The position numbers and the translations under genes were made by a program. Positions 53,194 through 63,139 of a stretch of DNA of 64,000 bases are shown here, one piece after another. Where the stretch lies: NCBI GenBank assembly GCA_963714675.1, contig CAVQPG010000004.1, positions 563,184 through 627,183 on the forward strand. Direction: 5' to 3'. Source of the DNA: an uncultured Chloroflexia bacterium. GTDB taxonomy: Bacteria > Chloroflexota > Limnocylindria > Limnocylindrales > CSP1-4. Within the stretch, counting starts at the first letter, position 1. Every line of letters starts with the position of its first letter. The notes below the pieces were generated by a model that did no database searches, had not been told where the DNA came from, and saw only the letters and a list, made by a program, of their open reading frames with translations.

Positions 53194-53619
53194 ATGGGCA
53201 ACGAGAAGCACGGCACCGAGTCCACCCGCCTCCGCATCGGCGAGGCCGCCTCGCAGCTGGGCGTGAGCCCGGACACCCTCCGCCGTTGGGCCGAAGCTGG
53301 GCGGCTCGACGTGGAGCTGACCCCTGGCGGGCAACGCACCGTCAGCCAGGCTGACGTCACCCGCCTGGCCGCCGAACGTCGTCGCGACGGTGCCGAGCGG
53401 CCGATCGTGGCGCAGTCCGCCCGCAACCGCTTCCCGGGCGTCGTCACGCGCGTACAACGCGATGGCGTGGCCGCGGTGGTGGAGGTCCAGGCCGGCCCGC
53501 ATCGGCTCGTCAGCCTCATCACCCGCGAGGCCTCGGAGGAGCTCGGGCTCGAGCCGGGCGACGAGGTCGTCTGCACCGTCAAGTCCACCGACGTGATGGT
53601 GGAGGTGCCATCGCGCTGA
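53194..53619 (+). CDS. Transcriptional regulator with a MerR/excisionase-type HTH plus a TOBE (molybdate-binding) domain, ModE-like
   Basis: HTH LRIGEAASQLGVSPDTLRRWAEAG. TOBE SARNRFPGVVTRVQRDGVAAVVEVQAGPHRLVSLITREASEELGLEPGDEVVCTVKSTDVMV. Confidence 0.65.
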   Translation: MGNEKHGTESTRLRIGEAASQLGVSPDTLRRWAEAGRLDVELTPGGQRTVSQADVTRLAAERRRDGAERPIVAQSARNRFPGVVTRVQRDGVAAVVEVQAGPHRLVSLITREASEELGLEPGDEVVCTVKSTDVMVEVPSR

Positions 53620-53660
53620 GGACCACCGGCTCCCGCTCCACGGGCGCACGGTGGTGGCTG

Positions 53661-54325
53661 GTGGTCCCGCTCCTGCTGCTGTCGGTCACCGCCTGCTCCG
53701 GTGGGGACGAGACCCAGGGTCTGACCGTCTTCGCGGCAGCTTCGCTGCGAGCGGTGGTCGATGAGCTGGAGGTGGCCTGGCTCGAGGAGCACCCGGACCT
53801 GCCCCTGACTGTCGCGACAGAGGCCTCCAACGTGCTGGCGGCACAGATCAGGGAGGGCGCGCCGGCTGATGTCTTCATCTCGGCCGATAGCGCCCGGCCG
53901 TGGGAGCTGTCCGCCGCGGGCCTCACCGTCGGCCGAGCCGGTCCTCTTCGCGCCGAACCGGGTCGCGCTGGTGGCGCCGGTCGGCGACGCGACCGTGCAG
54001 GCGGCGGCCGACCTCGCGACACCCGGAGTGCGCATCGTGGGCGTCAGCGAAGGCGTGCCCATCGCCCGCTATGCCCTCGAGGCGCTCGCCCAACTGGCCG
54101 AGAGCATGCCGCGAGCCCCGGGAGTTCGCCGAGGCCGTCGCGGCCAACGTGGTGTCACGCGAGGACAACGTACGCGCGGCGCTGGCCAAGGTGGAGCTGG
54201 GCGAGGGCGATGCGGCCTTCGTCTACCGCACCGACGCCCTCGACGCGGACGGCGTGCGCGAGGTGCCGCTGCCGCCGACCGTCGAGGTGACCGCGCAGTA
54301 CGCGGCCGTGCCAGGTCAGCGATGA
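53661..54325 (+). CDS. modA: Molybdate ABC transporter substrate-binding protein, split by two frameshifts
   Basis: Lipobox-like [19 protein letters not shown]...DVFISAD in ORF 53661, the remainder in ORF 53900-54325. Confidence 0.6.
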
Positions 54326-54409
54326 GCCGGCGGCCGGCCGCTTCGTGGCCTGGCTGGGCGAGCCCACCGCCACTGCCATCATCGCCGCCGCCGGCTTCGA
54401 GGTGGAGCC

Positions 54410-55265
54410 GTGAGCAGCCCGGCCGTCATCCGCTCGTCGCCGGCCCGAGGTCAGCCACGCGCTCGTGGTCCAAACGGCCCAGCTGGTGGGTCGTGGCGCT
54501 GGCGGGCATGGGACTGCTGTTCCTGGCCATGCCGGTGCTGGCGCTGCTCGCTGCGTGCCGTCGAGTCGGGAGCGCTGAGCAACGCGCTCGCCGGTCGGGC
54601 TGTGCTCGATGCGCTGGTGCTCAGCCTCAGCAGCACCGCGGTCAGCCTGGTCGTGGTCGTCGCCTTCGGCACGCCGCTGGCCTTCGTGCTGGCCCGCACC
54701 ACGCTTCCGCGGCAAGGCCCTCGCCGAGGCCCTGGTCGACCTGCCCATCGTGCTGCCGCCGTCGGTCGCCGGCCTGGCCCTGCTCTTCGCCTACGGCCGC
54801 AACGGCGTCGCAGGAGGCGCACTCGAAGTGGTGGGCCTGACCCTGCCCTTCACCACCCTGGCGGTCATCGTGGCCCAGGTCTTCGTGGCCAGCCCCTTCT
54901 ACATCCGTGCCGCACGCTCGGGCTTCCGTGCCGTGTCACCGGAGGTCGAGGAGGCAGCTCGGGTCGACGGTGCCTCCGAGAACGCGGTGCTCGGTCGCAT
55001 CACCATGCCCCTCGCGGCGCCCGCCATCGGCGCCGGCCTGGTGCTGGCGTGGGCTCGGGCGCTGGGTGAGTTCGGCGCCACCATCCTCTTCGCCGGCAAC
55101 CTCGAAGGTCGCACGCAGACGCTGCCGCTGCTGGTCTACAGCGAGTTCCAGGCCGGCCTCGACGAGGCCATCGCGGCGGCCACCATCCTCGTGCTGGCCG
55201 CGCTCGGGGTGCTCATCGCCGTGCGCCTCATGCGCTGGCCTTCCGGAGCCGGCTGGTTCAGCTGA
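54410..55265 (+). CDS. modB: Molybdate ABC transporter permease, frameshifted
   Basis: EAA-loop region EAARVDGASENAVLGRITMPLAAPAIGAG in ORF 54609-55265. The N-terminal TM helices are in a neighbouring frame. Confidence 0.6.
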
Positions 55266-56131
55266 GCAGTTCGGCCGGGAGCCCGATGAGGACCACCCCG
55301 CAGATGGCCAGGGCCACGCCCAGCATCCGCAGTGGGCTCAACCGCTCGTGCAGGAAGATCCGCGCCAGGATCGCGGTCACGACCGGGTAGAGCGACGTCA
55401 GCACGATGACCACGGCCAGCTGGCCTTCGTCGCTCGCGAGCACGAAGAAGAGGTTGCCACCGAGGTCACCGAGGCCCGCGATGCAGGCGACCAGCAGCGC
55501 CGCGACACCCAGCTCGATGCCCGGGAAGCGGCCCAGCGGGGCCAGCACCACGGCCGCCACCACGACCGCCATGACGCCCGCGAGCTTGACCGTGAAGAGC
55601 GGCCACCAGACGGCTCCACCGGCAGCATGGGAGGCGTCGATGAAGAGGAAGAAGCCGCCGAAGCCGAGCGCGGCCCCGAGGATCAGCAACCACTCGTTCC
55701 GGCGCGAGCCGTGGTAGGTGGGCATCACGGGCGTGCCCATGCGGCGATCGGGCAGGGAGATGAGCACGATCGAGACGAGTGCGATGCCCATGCCCACGAG
55801 CGCGAGCGTGCCCACCCGGTCGCCGGTGAGCAGCACGAAGGCCGCCGGCCAGGCTGCCGACAGGAGGGCCGCTGCGGGGGCCACCAGGCCCATCGTGCCG
55901 CGGCTCAGCGCGAGGTAGAACGAGCCCAGGCCGAAGGCGCCCGAGACGCCCGCGGCGGCACCCCAGGCAAGCGCCTCGGTCGAGGGCATCGGCTCGCCAC
56001 TGAGCACCAGCAGGACCGAGGCCACCAGCGAGGCCCACTCCCTGCGCCAGGAAGACGGCCACGAAGTTGTTCGAGAGCCGCGTGGCGATGCCGCCCGAGA
56101 AATCCCCGACGCCCCACGAGGCCGCCGCCAC
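55258..56131 (-). CDS. EamA/DMT-family transporter, frameshifted near 56030
   Basis: Ten TM helices across ORFs 55258-56025 and 55466-56131. Confidence 0.55.
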
Positions 56132-56157
56132 CAGCGAGAGGAGCGGTGCGAGCAGGT

Positions 56158-58692
56158 TCAGCCGGCCGCTCCCTGCCCGTCGTCGTCACCGAGCCGGAAC
56201 GGGTCCGCCACGTCGGTGTCGTGCTCCGCCTCGCCGGCGTCCTGCGCCGCGCGTCGCAACGACTCGAGCGGATCGGTCGCCCCTTCCGCGTCTCTGGCGG
56301 CTCGGGCAGCGCGGAACGTCGCGAGGCGGGCCTCCGCCTTCGCCGCCTCCTCGGCCGGGGCGAACAGGGGCACGGCGCCAGGCTCCTCGGGTTCCACGCG
56401 ACGAGGCGCCACCGGATCGGGGTTGCGGCGCGGGTCGGGCGCGAAGCGCAGGGTCGGCTGTGGGGCATCGCCGCCAGTCGGGTCTTCGGTCGGGGCTTCG
56501 GTCACGATTTCGGTCGGGGGCTCTGGCTCCACCGTCCGACGGGGATGGGCCAGGACGCGCTCGCTCGACGGACCCGGCAGGACCACCAGCTCGTCGGCGA
56601 GCCCGTCGAAGCGGTCGGAGCAGGTCAGGTACAGCACCTGGAAGTCGTGCTCGTGGGCCATCCGCTTGACCAGGCGCACGGCCCGCTCGGCACGAAGGCC
56701 GTCGAAGGTGACGAACGGATCGTCGAGGATGAGCGGTGGACGTCGGCCGAGCGTGACCAGGCGCACGAGGCCAAGGCGAGCGGCCAGGAAAAGCTGGTCG
56801 GCGGTGCCCTGCGAGAGCTGGTCGACCTCGACGAACTCGCCGGACTCGGGTGCTCGCACCTTGAAGGCGAGGCTCTTCTCATCGACCTCGATATCGTCGT
56901 AGCGGCCGTCGGTGACCGCGGCGATGGTCGGACCCATGCGTTCCTCGAGGTAGCGCGCGGCCGTCTTGAGCGTGGCCACCTCGGCCGTATCGATGGCCGT
57001 GAGCGTGCCCTGGTAGACGAGCACCCGGCGCTCGAGCTCCGCATAGCGGTCACGTGCCGCCGCCAGGCGCTCGGCGAGGCCCGCCACCAGCTCGGCGTCG
57101 ACCTGGTTGGCATCCACCCGGCCCTGGGCCTGGTCGGCCTCCGAGCGAGCGGCATCACGAGCCGGGGTCGTCTGTGCCACCTGCCGCTGGGCCGTGGCCA
57201 GGGCCTGTGCGGGGTCATCTGCGAGACGGCCGATAGCCGCCAGCGCGTGCTTCGCCTGCTCGGCCTCGTTGGCGGCTTGGTCGCGGGCCTCCTCCAGCCG
57301 CCGGACATCGTCCTCATCGATGCCCAGGCCGCGCAGCTCGCCTTCGATCTGGGCCAGCCGCTCGGTGTGCTCCTCCGTCGTGGCCAGGACCGACTCGGCA
57401 GCCCGAACGTCGGCTACGCCCAACGCCTCGAGGGCGCCCTCGAGCTCGCGACGCGCCCGGCGCTGCGCCTCCTGCCGCTCGCGCGCGGCCTCCTGCTGGG
57501 CGCTGGCCTCTGCCTGCGCCAGCTGCATGGTGAGCCCATAGGTCCGTCGCAGGCGCGCCTGCCGGAAGGCCTGCACGAGAGTCACTGCCACACCCACGGC
57601 GATGACGGCCACGACAGCGATCCCGAGTGCGCCGGCATCCCGAAGCACGAACATGCTCAGCCAGCCGAGGGCCACGAGCAGGGCGGCGGCACCCAGCCAG
57701 CGCAGCGGATGGGGCGGCACCAGGTCAGGACCTTCATCCTCCGCAGCTTCCGCTGCGGTCTCGATGTCCGCCTCCAGCTCGGAGAGCTCGAACTCCAGGC
57801 TCTGAGCTCGTGAGACGGTCGTACGCAGCTGGGCCAGTGGGAGCGACGTGGGCTGCCCGCGACGCAGCTCGAGATGAGCCTCGGTCAGCTCAGCGGCTCG
57901 CTTGAGGCGCCGGTAGCGATCCTCGGCAGCGTCGCGCTTCTGGGCCAGGGCCTCCGCTCGCTGGGCCTCGGCCAGGTCGGCCTGCTGGCGGATGAGCCTG
58001 GTCTCGAGCTCCTTGCACCGCTCGTTGGCGTCGACCCACTGGGTGCGATCGGCCTGCAGGCGGGCCAGCGCCGCCTCGCCGTCGGCCAGATCGCGCTCGA
58101 GCAGCACCATCTCCTCTCGCGCGACCTTGAGCAGGCCGGGGTTCTTGGGTCCCTCCGTGCGATAGCGGCGGATGGCGGTCTCGAGCTTCTTCTTGGCCTG
58201 GGCCGTGCCTCGATCGGCGCCGCTGATGGCCTTCTGCAGCCGATCGCCGATGGCCGGCTCCTCGCCGCTGACCGTATCGAGCTCCGCATGACCCACGCTG
58301 GCGGTAGCGCGAAAGAAGGCCTCGGTGGGCACGCCCATCAGCTCCGACAGCTCGTCACCGATGAGCGTGTAGTCCCGGATGGTCTGATCGCCCACGGTCA
58401 GCTCGGCCTCGGATCGCGGGCCGTCGAAACGCTTGCGCAGGCTGCCGCTGACCCCATCAGCCTCGAAGTCGAGCTCGACGGTGGGCGGCTCGGCTGAACC
58501 CCAGGCCCACGAGCGGCGGATGTCCTCGCGGTTGGCGTCGGCCTTGCGGAAGAGCGCCAGCTCGATCGCCTGCTGGATGCTGGACTTGCCGGCCTCATTG
58601 GGTCCTCGGATGATGGTCAACCCGAGGGCCGGCTTGATCTCCAGATCGCGGTGGGTCTTGAAGTCGGTGAGACGGAGTCGGGTGATGCGCAT
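56158..58692 (-). CDS. SbcC/YhaN-like AAA ATPase (SMC-head split by a long coiled coil) with two central transmembrane helices
   Basis: Walker A GPNEAGKSS at the N-terminus. Signature and D-loop region LSQGTADQLFLAARL...LILDDPFVTFD at the C-terminus. Central hydrophobic pair WLGAAALLVALGWLSMFVL / IAVVAVIAVGVAVTLV. 844 aa. Confidence 0.7.
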   Translation of the reverse strand: MRITRLRLTDFKTHRDLEIKPALGLTIIRGPNEAGKSSIQQAIELALFRKADANREDIRRSWAWGSAEPPTVELDFEADGVSGSLRKRFDGPRSEAELTVGDQTIRDYTLIGDELSELMGVPTEAFFRATASVGHAELDTVSGEEPAIGDRLQKAISGADRGTAQAKKKLETAIRRYRTEGPKNPGLLKVAREEMVLLERDLADGEAALARLQADRTQWVDANERCKELETRLIRQQADLAEAQRAEALAQKRDAAEDRYRRLKRAAELTEAHLELRRGQPTSLPLAQLRTTVSRAQSLEFELSELEADIETAAEAAEDEGPDLVPPHPLRWLGAAALLVALGWLSMFVLRDAGALGIAVVAVIAVGVAVTLVQAFRQARLRRTYGLTMQLAQAEASAQQEAARERQEAQRRARRELEGALEALGVADVRAAESVLATTEEHTERLAQIEGELRGLGIDEDDVRRLEEARDQAANEAEQAKHALAAIGRLADDPAQALATAQRQVAQTTPARDAARSEADQAQGRVDANQVDAELVAGLAERLAAARDRYAELERRVLVYQGTLTAIDTAEVATLKTAARYLEERMGPTIAAVTDGRYDDIEVDEKSLAFKVRAPESGEFVEVDQLSQGTADQLFLAARLGLVRLVTLGRRPPLILDDPFVTFDGLRAERAVRLVKRMAHEHDFQVLYLTCSDRFDGLADELVVLPGPSSERVLAHPRRTVEPEPPTEIVTEAPTEDPTGGDAPQPTLRFAPDPRRNPDPVAPRRVEPEEPGAVPLFAPAEEAAKAEARLATFRAARAARDAEGATDPLESLRRAAQDAGEAEHDTDVADPFRLGDDDGQGAAG

Positions 58693-58694
58693 GG

Positions 58695-59873
58695 CTAGGG
58701 CAGCGTCACGTGATCGGGGTCATCGAGCAGCAGTCGCCGCCCCAGCCGCAGGATCTGGCGCGCCTCCTCCGCGGCCTCGACGTTGCCCTTGGCCTCCGCG
58801 GCCTTGATACGCGCCTCGAGATCAAGGGCGAACCGGCCGGCCACCGTGTCGCGGGGCAGATCCGGGACGTCCGCCAGCTCGGTCGCAGAGCGGTCGCGGA
58901 CGCGGACGTGCAGGAACTCGCCCTCCAGCGTGCGCTCGACCTCATCGGTATCGAGCTCGAGGGTGTCGGGGGCGATGCCGTCGATGCTCACCGACAGCAC
59001 CAGGTCGGGATCGGAAAGCTCACGCAGCCGCTCCACCAGCGCGACCTGGCTACCCACGTCGGCGGCGTCGACCGACTCGGCACGGAAGACCGTGCGACCG
59101 ACCCGCAGGCGCTCGACGTGCACGCTGCTGTCGCCACCCGCGCCGTCGGCGAGTCGGACGAGGCAGACCGAGCCGGCTCCGTCCTGGTCGACGGCCACCG
59201 GTTCGGGCGCGCCAGAGTAGGCCCAGGTCGTGCCCCCAGCCCGTCCGCTCGAGTAGCTGTGCCAGTGCCCCAGCGCGAGGTAGTCGAGCCCCGAAGCCGC
59301 CACCTCCGTGTCGCTGAAGATGACGTCGTCGCTCTCCACGCGCCCCGGGATCTGGCGCGAGCCGTGGATCATGCCCACCTTCCAGGCGGCGCGGGCGTCG
59401 CCTCGGACGTCGAAACCGGCAAGCGGGCTCCGCGGCGCCCGCTTGGTGGCGAAGACTCGCCCGTAGATGATGAGGTCGAGGTCCTTGAGCAGGAGCTCGG
59501 GGGACTCGGGTGTAAGCACCGTCAGCAGGTCGCTGCCACGCGGCAGGCCGGCCATGGCGGCGAGATCGAAGGCGCGGTAGATCGAGCGCTTGTCGTAGAC
59601 GTCGTGGGTGCCGGGGATGATCACCACGCGCACACCGCGGTCGGTCAGCCGGCGCAGCTCCGCCACCGCCGCCTCCACCGAGCGGCGAGGCTGGGCGTTG
59701 GAGTCGAAGAGGTCGCCGCAGATGAGGGCCGCATCCACCCCGGCCTTGAGCCCTTCGTCGACGGCCCGCGCGAAGGCCGCGCTCTGGCGCTCGCGCTGCT
59801 TGACCGCGGCCCGGCCCATGTCCGCATGGCGAGCGCCGAGATGGACATCAGCGAGATGCAGCAAGGACGGCAT
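58695..59873 (-). CDS. SbcD/Mre11-like metallophosphoesterase (YhaO-like nuclease)
   Basis: Internal ATG (residue 104 of ORF 58695-60182) MPSLLHLADVHLG, then GDLFD, IIPGTHD, GHWH phosphoesterase motifs. 3-nt gap to the ATPase gene. Confidence 0.7.
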   Translation of the reverse strand: MPSLLHLADVHLGARHADMGRAAVKQRERQSAAFARAVDEGLKAGVDAALICGDLFDSNAQPRRSVEAAVAELRRLTDRGVRVVIIPGTHDVYDKRSIYRAFDLAAMAGLPRGSDLLTVLTPESPELLLKDLDLIIYGRVFATKRAPRSPLAGFDVRGDARAAWKVGMIHGSRQIPGRVESDDVIFSDTEVAASGLDYLALGHWHSYSSGRAGGTTWAYSGAPEPVAVDQDGAGSVCLVRLADGAGGDSSVHVERLRVGRTVFRAESVDAADVGSQVALVERLRELSDPDLVLSVSIDGIAPDTLELDTDEVERTLEGEFLHVRVRDRSATELADVPDLPRDTVAGRFALDLEARIKAAEAKGNVEAAEEARQILRLGRRLLLDDPDHVTLP

Positions 59874-60273
59874 GGGTGTGCTCGGGATCCCCTTTCCCTC
59901 TGATCGCAGCGTGGCCGCAGACGACACTCGGACGACCCACCAATTGTGCCACCGGACCCCGGCCCTGACGCCGCTACCTCGGTCCTCGCAGCGGACGGTA
60001 CTGACGGCGATGCGCGAGGGACGGGGGTCGGTGGGAGCGCTCGCCCGCCGAGGCGCTGTCCGCAGCGTGGACCGGGGGTCGTTGCCGGTTCGGCGGCCTC
60101 GGTGTAACCTCCCCCGAGCATTCCGGTGCGCCCAACCAGAACGGGACTTCGGGACAGAACTGGGACATACGGCGCCCGGCATTCCAGACGCCTACGCCCT
60201 CCTGTTTCAGCCTGCCCGAGATGGGCTCGTCGGAGCGAAGATGCAAGCTATCGCGCCCCAGGAGGTCAGCCAC

Positions 60274-60639
60274 GTGTCGTACACGGATCGAACCCTTACA
60301 TGTGTCGATTGCAGCGTCGAGTTCATCCACTCCGCTGCCGACCAGGAGTTCTACGCAGAGAAGGGGTTCGTATCCGATCCCAAGCGCTGTCCGAGCTGTC
60401 GAGCAGCCCGGCGCGCCATGCGCGAGTCGAGTGGATACGACTCCCGCGACATCGGCGGTCCGCGTGGCTACGAGCGTGGCGAGTACCGTGCCGCGCGCGA
60501 GTACTTCGCGGTCATCTGCTCCGAGTGCGGCAACGCCGCACAGGTGCCCTTCAAGCCGCGCATGGACAAGCCGGTCTACTGCTCGGACTGCTTCCGCACG
60601 GTCCAGGCCCGCAGCTCGGAGCAGGCTGAGACCGCCTAG
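60274..60639 (+). CDS. Double zinc-ribbon protein (CxxC-x17-CxxC twice), function unknown
   Basis: GTG with an AGGAGG RBS. TCVDCSVEF...KRCPSCRA and VICSECGNAA...VYCSDCFR. 121 aa. Confidence 0.5.
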   Translation: MSYTDRTLTCVDCSVEFIHSAADQEFYAEKGFVSDPKRCPSCRAARRAMRESSGYDSRDIGGPRGYERGEYRAAREYFAVICSECGNAAQVPFKPRMDKPVYCSDCFRTVQARSSEQAETA

Positions 60640-60665
60640 TACGGCGCTCACACACGACGCCTGGC

Positions 60666-60689
60666 GGCCGCTCCGGGATCGGAGCGGCC
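60666..60689 (+). terminator. Putative intrinsic terminator hairpin after the zinc-ribbon gene
   Basis: Perfect 10-bp stem ggccgctccg / cggagcggcc with a 4-nt loop ggat, followed by a weak T-containing tail gtcctgattc. Confidence 0.45.
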
Positions 60690-60793
60690 GTCCTGATTCG
60701 GGGCTCGGGGCCAGAGTAGACTCGGAGGCTGAGGCGATACCCCGCGCCCCGTTCGGAGCCAGTGAATCGACGCCACGAGGTAACCGCAGGACC

Positions 60794-62368
60794 ATGACCG
60801 ACGCACCGCGCACCAAGATCACCTACGCCACCCTCAGCGCGGACAACGAGGATCTGCACGCGGCCTTCGAGGCAGCCGTGGACTCCGTGCGAGCGCGACT
60901 GGGCGGCGGTCACCCCAACATCATCGGTGGTCAGGAGCGAGCGGGAGACGGCGAATTCGAGCTGCGCTCGCCCATCGACCAGGAGATCGTCGTGGGTCGC
61001 TTCGCGGTAGCCACGCGTCAGGACGTGCGCGACGCGATCATGGCGGCTCGTGCGGCGCAGCCAGCATGGAACGCGCTCGGCTGGCAGAAGCGGGTGGAGA
61101 TCATGACCCGCGCCGGCGACCTCATCAGCGAGCGAGCCATGGAGTACGCCGCGCTCATGGCCATCGAGGTCGGCAAGAACCGCCTCGAGGCTATCGGCGA
61201 GGTCGAGGAGAGCGCCGACCTCATCCGCTACTACGCGCGCATCGCGGTCGAGAACGACTTCTACCAGAAGCCGATGGACAACCTGGGCGACCCCGCCACG
61301 CACACCCGCTCGGTGATGCGGCCGTACGGCGTCTTCGGCGTCATCGCACCCTTCAACTTCCCGCTGGCGCTGGCGGCCGGCCCGGTCGGCGGCGCACTGG
61401 TGGCCGGCAACACCGCGGTCTTCAAGCCCGCCAGCACGGGCGCCATGAGCGGCGTGCTGCTGATGGAGGCCCTGCGCGATGCGGGTGTGCCCGACGGCGT
61501 GTGCAACCTGGTCATGGGCCCAGGGCCGGTCGTAGGCGACGAGCTGGCGGACAGCCGGCATCTCGACGGCATCGTCTTCACCGGCTCCTACGAGGTCGGT
61601 ATGGGCCTGCAGCGCTCGTTCAGCAAGGCCTATCCACGGCCCTGCATCATCGAGATGGGCGGCAAGAACCCGGCCATCGTGATGGGCAGCGCCGATCTCG
61701 ACAAGGCGGCAGAAGGCATCGTGCGAGCGGCCTTCGGCTTCGGCGGCCAGAAGTGCTCGGCCAACAGCCGCGTCTACGTCCAGCGCGAGGTCCACGACGA
61801 GCTGGTCGGCAAGCTGGTCGAGAAGACCGCAGCGCTGACCCTCGGCGACCCTCTCGACCGCGGCACCTTCCTGGGCCCGGTGACCGACCAGCGCGCGGTC
61901 GACCGTTTCGTCGAGGCCGTCGCCGAGGCCCGAGCCGAGGGCACGGTCTACACCGGCGGCGAGAACCCCACCGATGGCGAGTTCGCGCGTGGTTTCTACG
62001 TGGAACCGACGGTCGTGGGCAATCTGCCGGTGGATCACCGCCTCTTCCGCGACGAGCTCTTCGTGCCCTTCACGGCCGTGGCCCCGGTCGACTCCCTCGA
62101 CGAAGCCCTCGAGCTATCGAACGGGGTCGTCTACGGCCTGACCGCGGGCATCTACAGCGAGGACGAGGCAGAGGTCGAGCAGTTCCTCGACCAGATCCAC
62201 ACCGGCGTGCTCTACGTCAACCGCCGGGCCGGAGCGACGACCGGTGCCTGGCCCGGCGTGCAGCCGTTCGGTGGCTGGAAGGGCTCCGGCTCCACCGGCA
62301 AGTCCGCGCTCGGTCCCTACTACGTGGGCCTGTTCCTGCGCGAGCAATCGCACACCATCGTCGACTGA
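60794..62368 (+). CDS. pruA: L-glutamate gamma-semialdehyde (1-pyrroline-5-carboxylate) dehydrogenase, ALDH family
   Basis: Internal ATG of ORF 60221-62368. ALDH motifs FTGSYEVG, catalytic EMGGKNP and GQKCSA region. 524 aa. Confidence 0.8.
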   Translation: MTDAPRTKITYATLSADNEDLHAAFEAAVDSVRARLGGGHPNIIGGQERAGDGEFELRSPIDQEIVVGRFAVATRQDVRDAIMAARAAQPAWNALGWQKRVEIMTRAGDLISERAMEYAALMAIEVGKNRLEAIGEVEESADLIRYYARIAVENDFYQKPMDNLGDPATHTRSVMRPYGVFGVIAPFNFPLALAAGPVGGALVAGNTAVFKPASTGAMSGVLLMEALRDAGVPDGVCNLVMGPGPVVGDELADSRHLDGIVFTGSYEVGMGLQRSFSKAYPRPCIIEMGGKNPAIVMGSADLDKAAEGIVRAAFGFGGQKCSANSRVYVQREVHDELVGKLVEKTAALTLGDPLDRGTFLGPVTDQRAVDRFVEAVAEARAEGTVYTGGENPTDGEFARGFYVEPTVVGNLPVDHRLFRDELFVPFTAVAPVDSLDEALELSNGVVYGLTAGIYSEDEAEVEQFLDQIHTGVLYVNRRAGATTGAWPGVQPFGGWKGSGSTGKSALGPYYVGLFLREQSHTIVD

Positions 62369-62375
62369 CATGACC

Positions 62376-62401
62376 CGACGGCACTCCGCGCGGGTGCCGT
62401 C
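62376..62401 (+). terminator. Possible terminator hairpin 8 nt after pruA
   Basis: Stem cgacggcac / gtgccgtcg (9 bp) with loop tccgcgcgg. No U-tract. Confidence 0.3.
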
Positions 62402-62407
62402 GCCCGC

Positions 62408-63070
62408 ATGACTCCGAACCAGCCACGAGCGCGCCGCGAGCCGGAGTGGCCCAGCCACCGCGACGACGCGGCGCCCCCCGCGGATCCACGCTCGCTCCGA
62501 CGTGGCCTGCTGGCCGGCGCCTCGGTGGCGATGGTGACGCTGGCGCTGCTGATGGCCGGACCGTGGTCGACACAGGCCGGCGGCACCCTGCTGGGGCTCG
62601 GCTGGATCGCGGCCGTCGGGTTCGGAGCGCTGGCCTATCGCGGCCGGCCGCCGGTGGTGCTGGCCCTGACCAAGCTGGCGCTGCTGGCGGGCCTGGCCTC
62701 GCTGGCCGGGGCCCTCTTCCTCTTCTTCATCAGCCTGCAGGTCCGCGCCGTCCTGGAGGGCACGGTCGTCTTCGGGACGGCCGGTGAGGGCTGTACGGTC
62801 CAGGGTGATGGCGCTTCCTTCAGCTACGGCCAGCCCACCTACCAGGTGGCGCACCTCGCGCGAACCATCGCAGCGGGTGAGCTCGTGACCCTGACCATGC
62901 TCCAGGACGGCTCGGAAGTGGCCCGCGGGTCCAACGCCGCTGAAACCGCCTTCGACTGCCTCGGAGCGCCGCTCGAGCCGCTTCCGACAGGTGACTACGA
63001 AGTGACCGTCTCGGCCGGCGACGAACGCCTTGCCGAGGGCCGCTTCACGGTCGTGCCCGGGGACCGCTAG
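62408..63070 (+). CDS. Membrane protein, hypothetical (three TM helices plus an extracytoplasmic domain)
   Basis: 220 aa with hydrophobic helices. No recognised family. Confidence 0.45.
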   Translation: MTPNQPRARREPEWPSHRDDAAPPADPRSLRRGLLAGASVAMVTLALLMAGPWSTQAGGTLLGLGWIAAVGFGALAYRGRPPVVLALTKLALLAGLASLAGALFLFFISLQVRAVLEGTVVFGTAGEGCTVQGDGASFSYGQPTYQVAHLARTIAAGELVTLTMLQDGSEVARGSNAAETAFDCLGAPLEPLPTGDYEVTVSAGDERLAEGRFTVVPGDR

Positions 63071-63139
63071 CCCCCTATACTCGCTATCCATCATGCATAC
63101 GCTTCATGCAGTGGGATGACTTCATCGAAGGAGGAGTTC

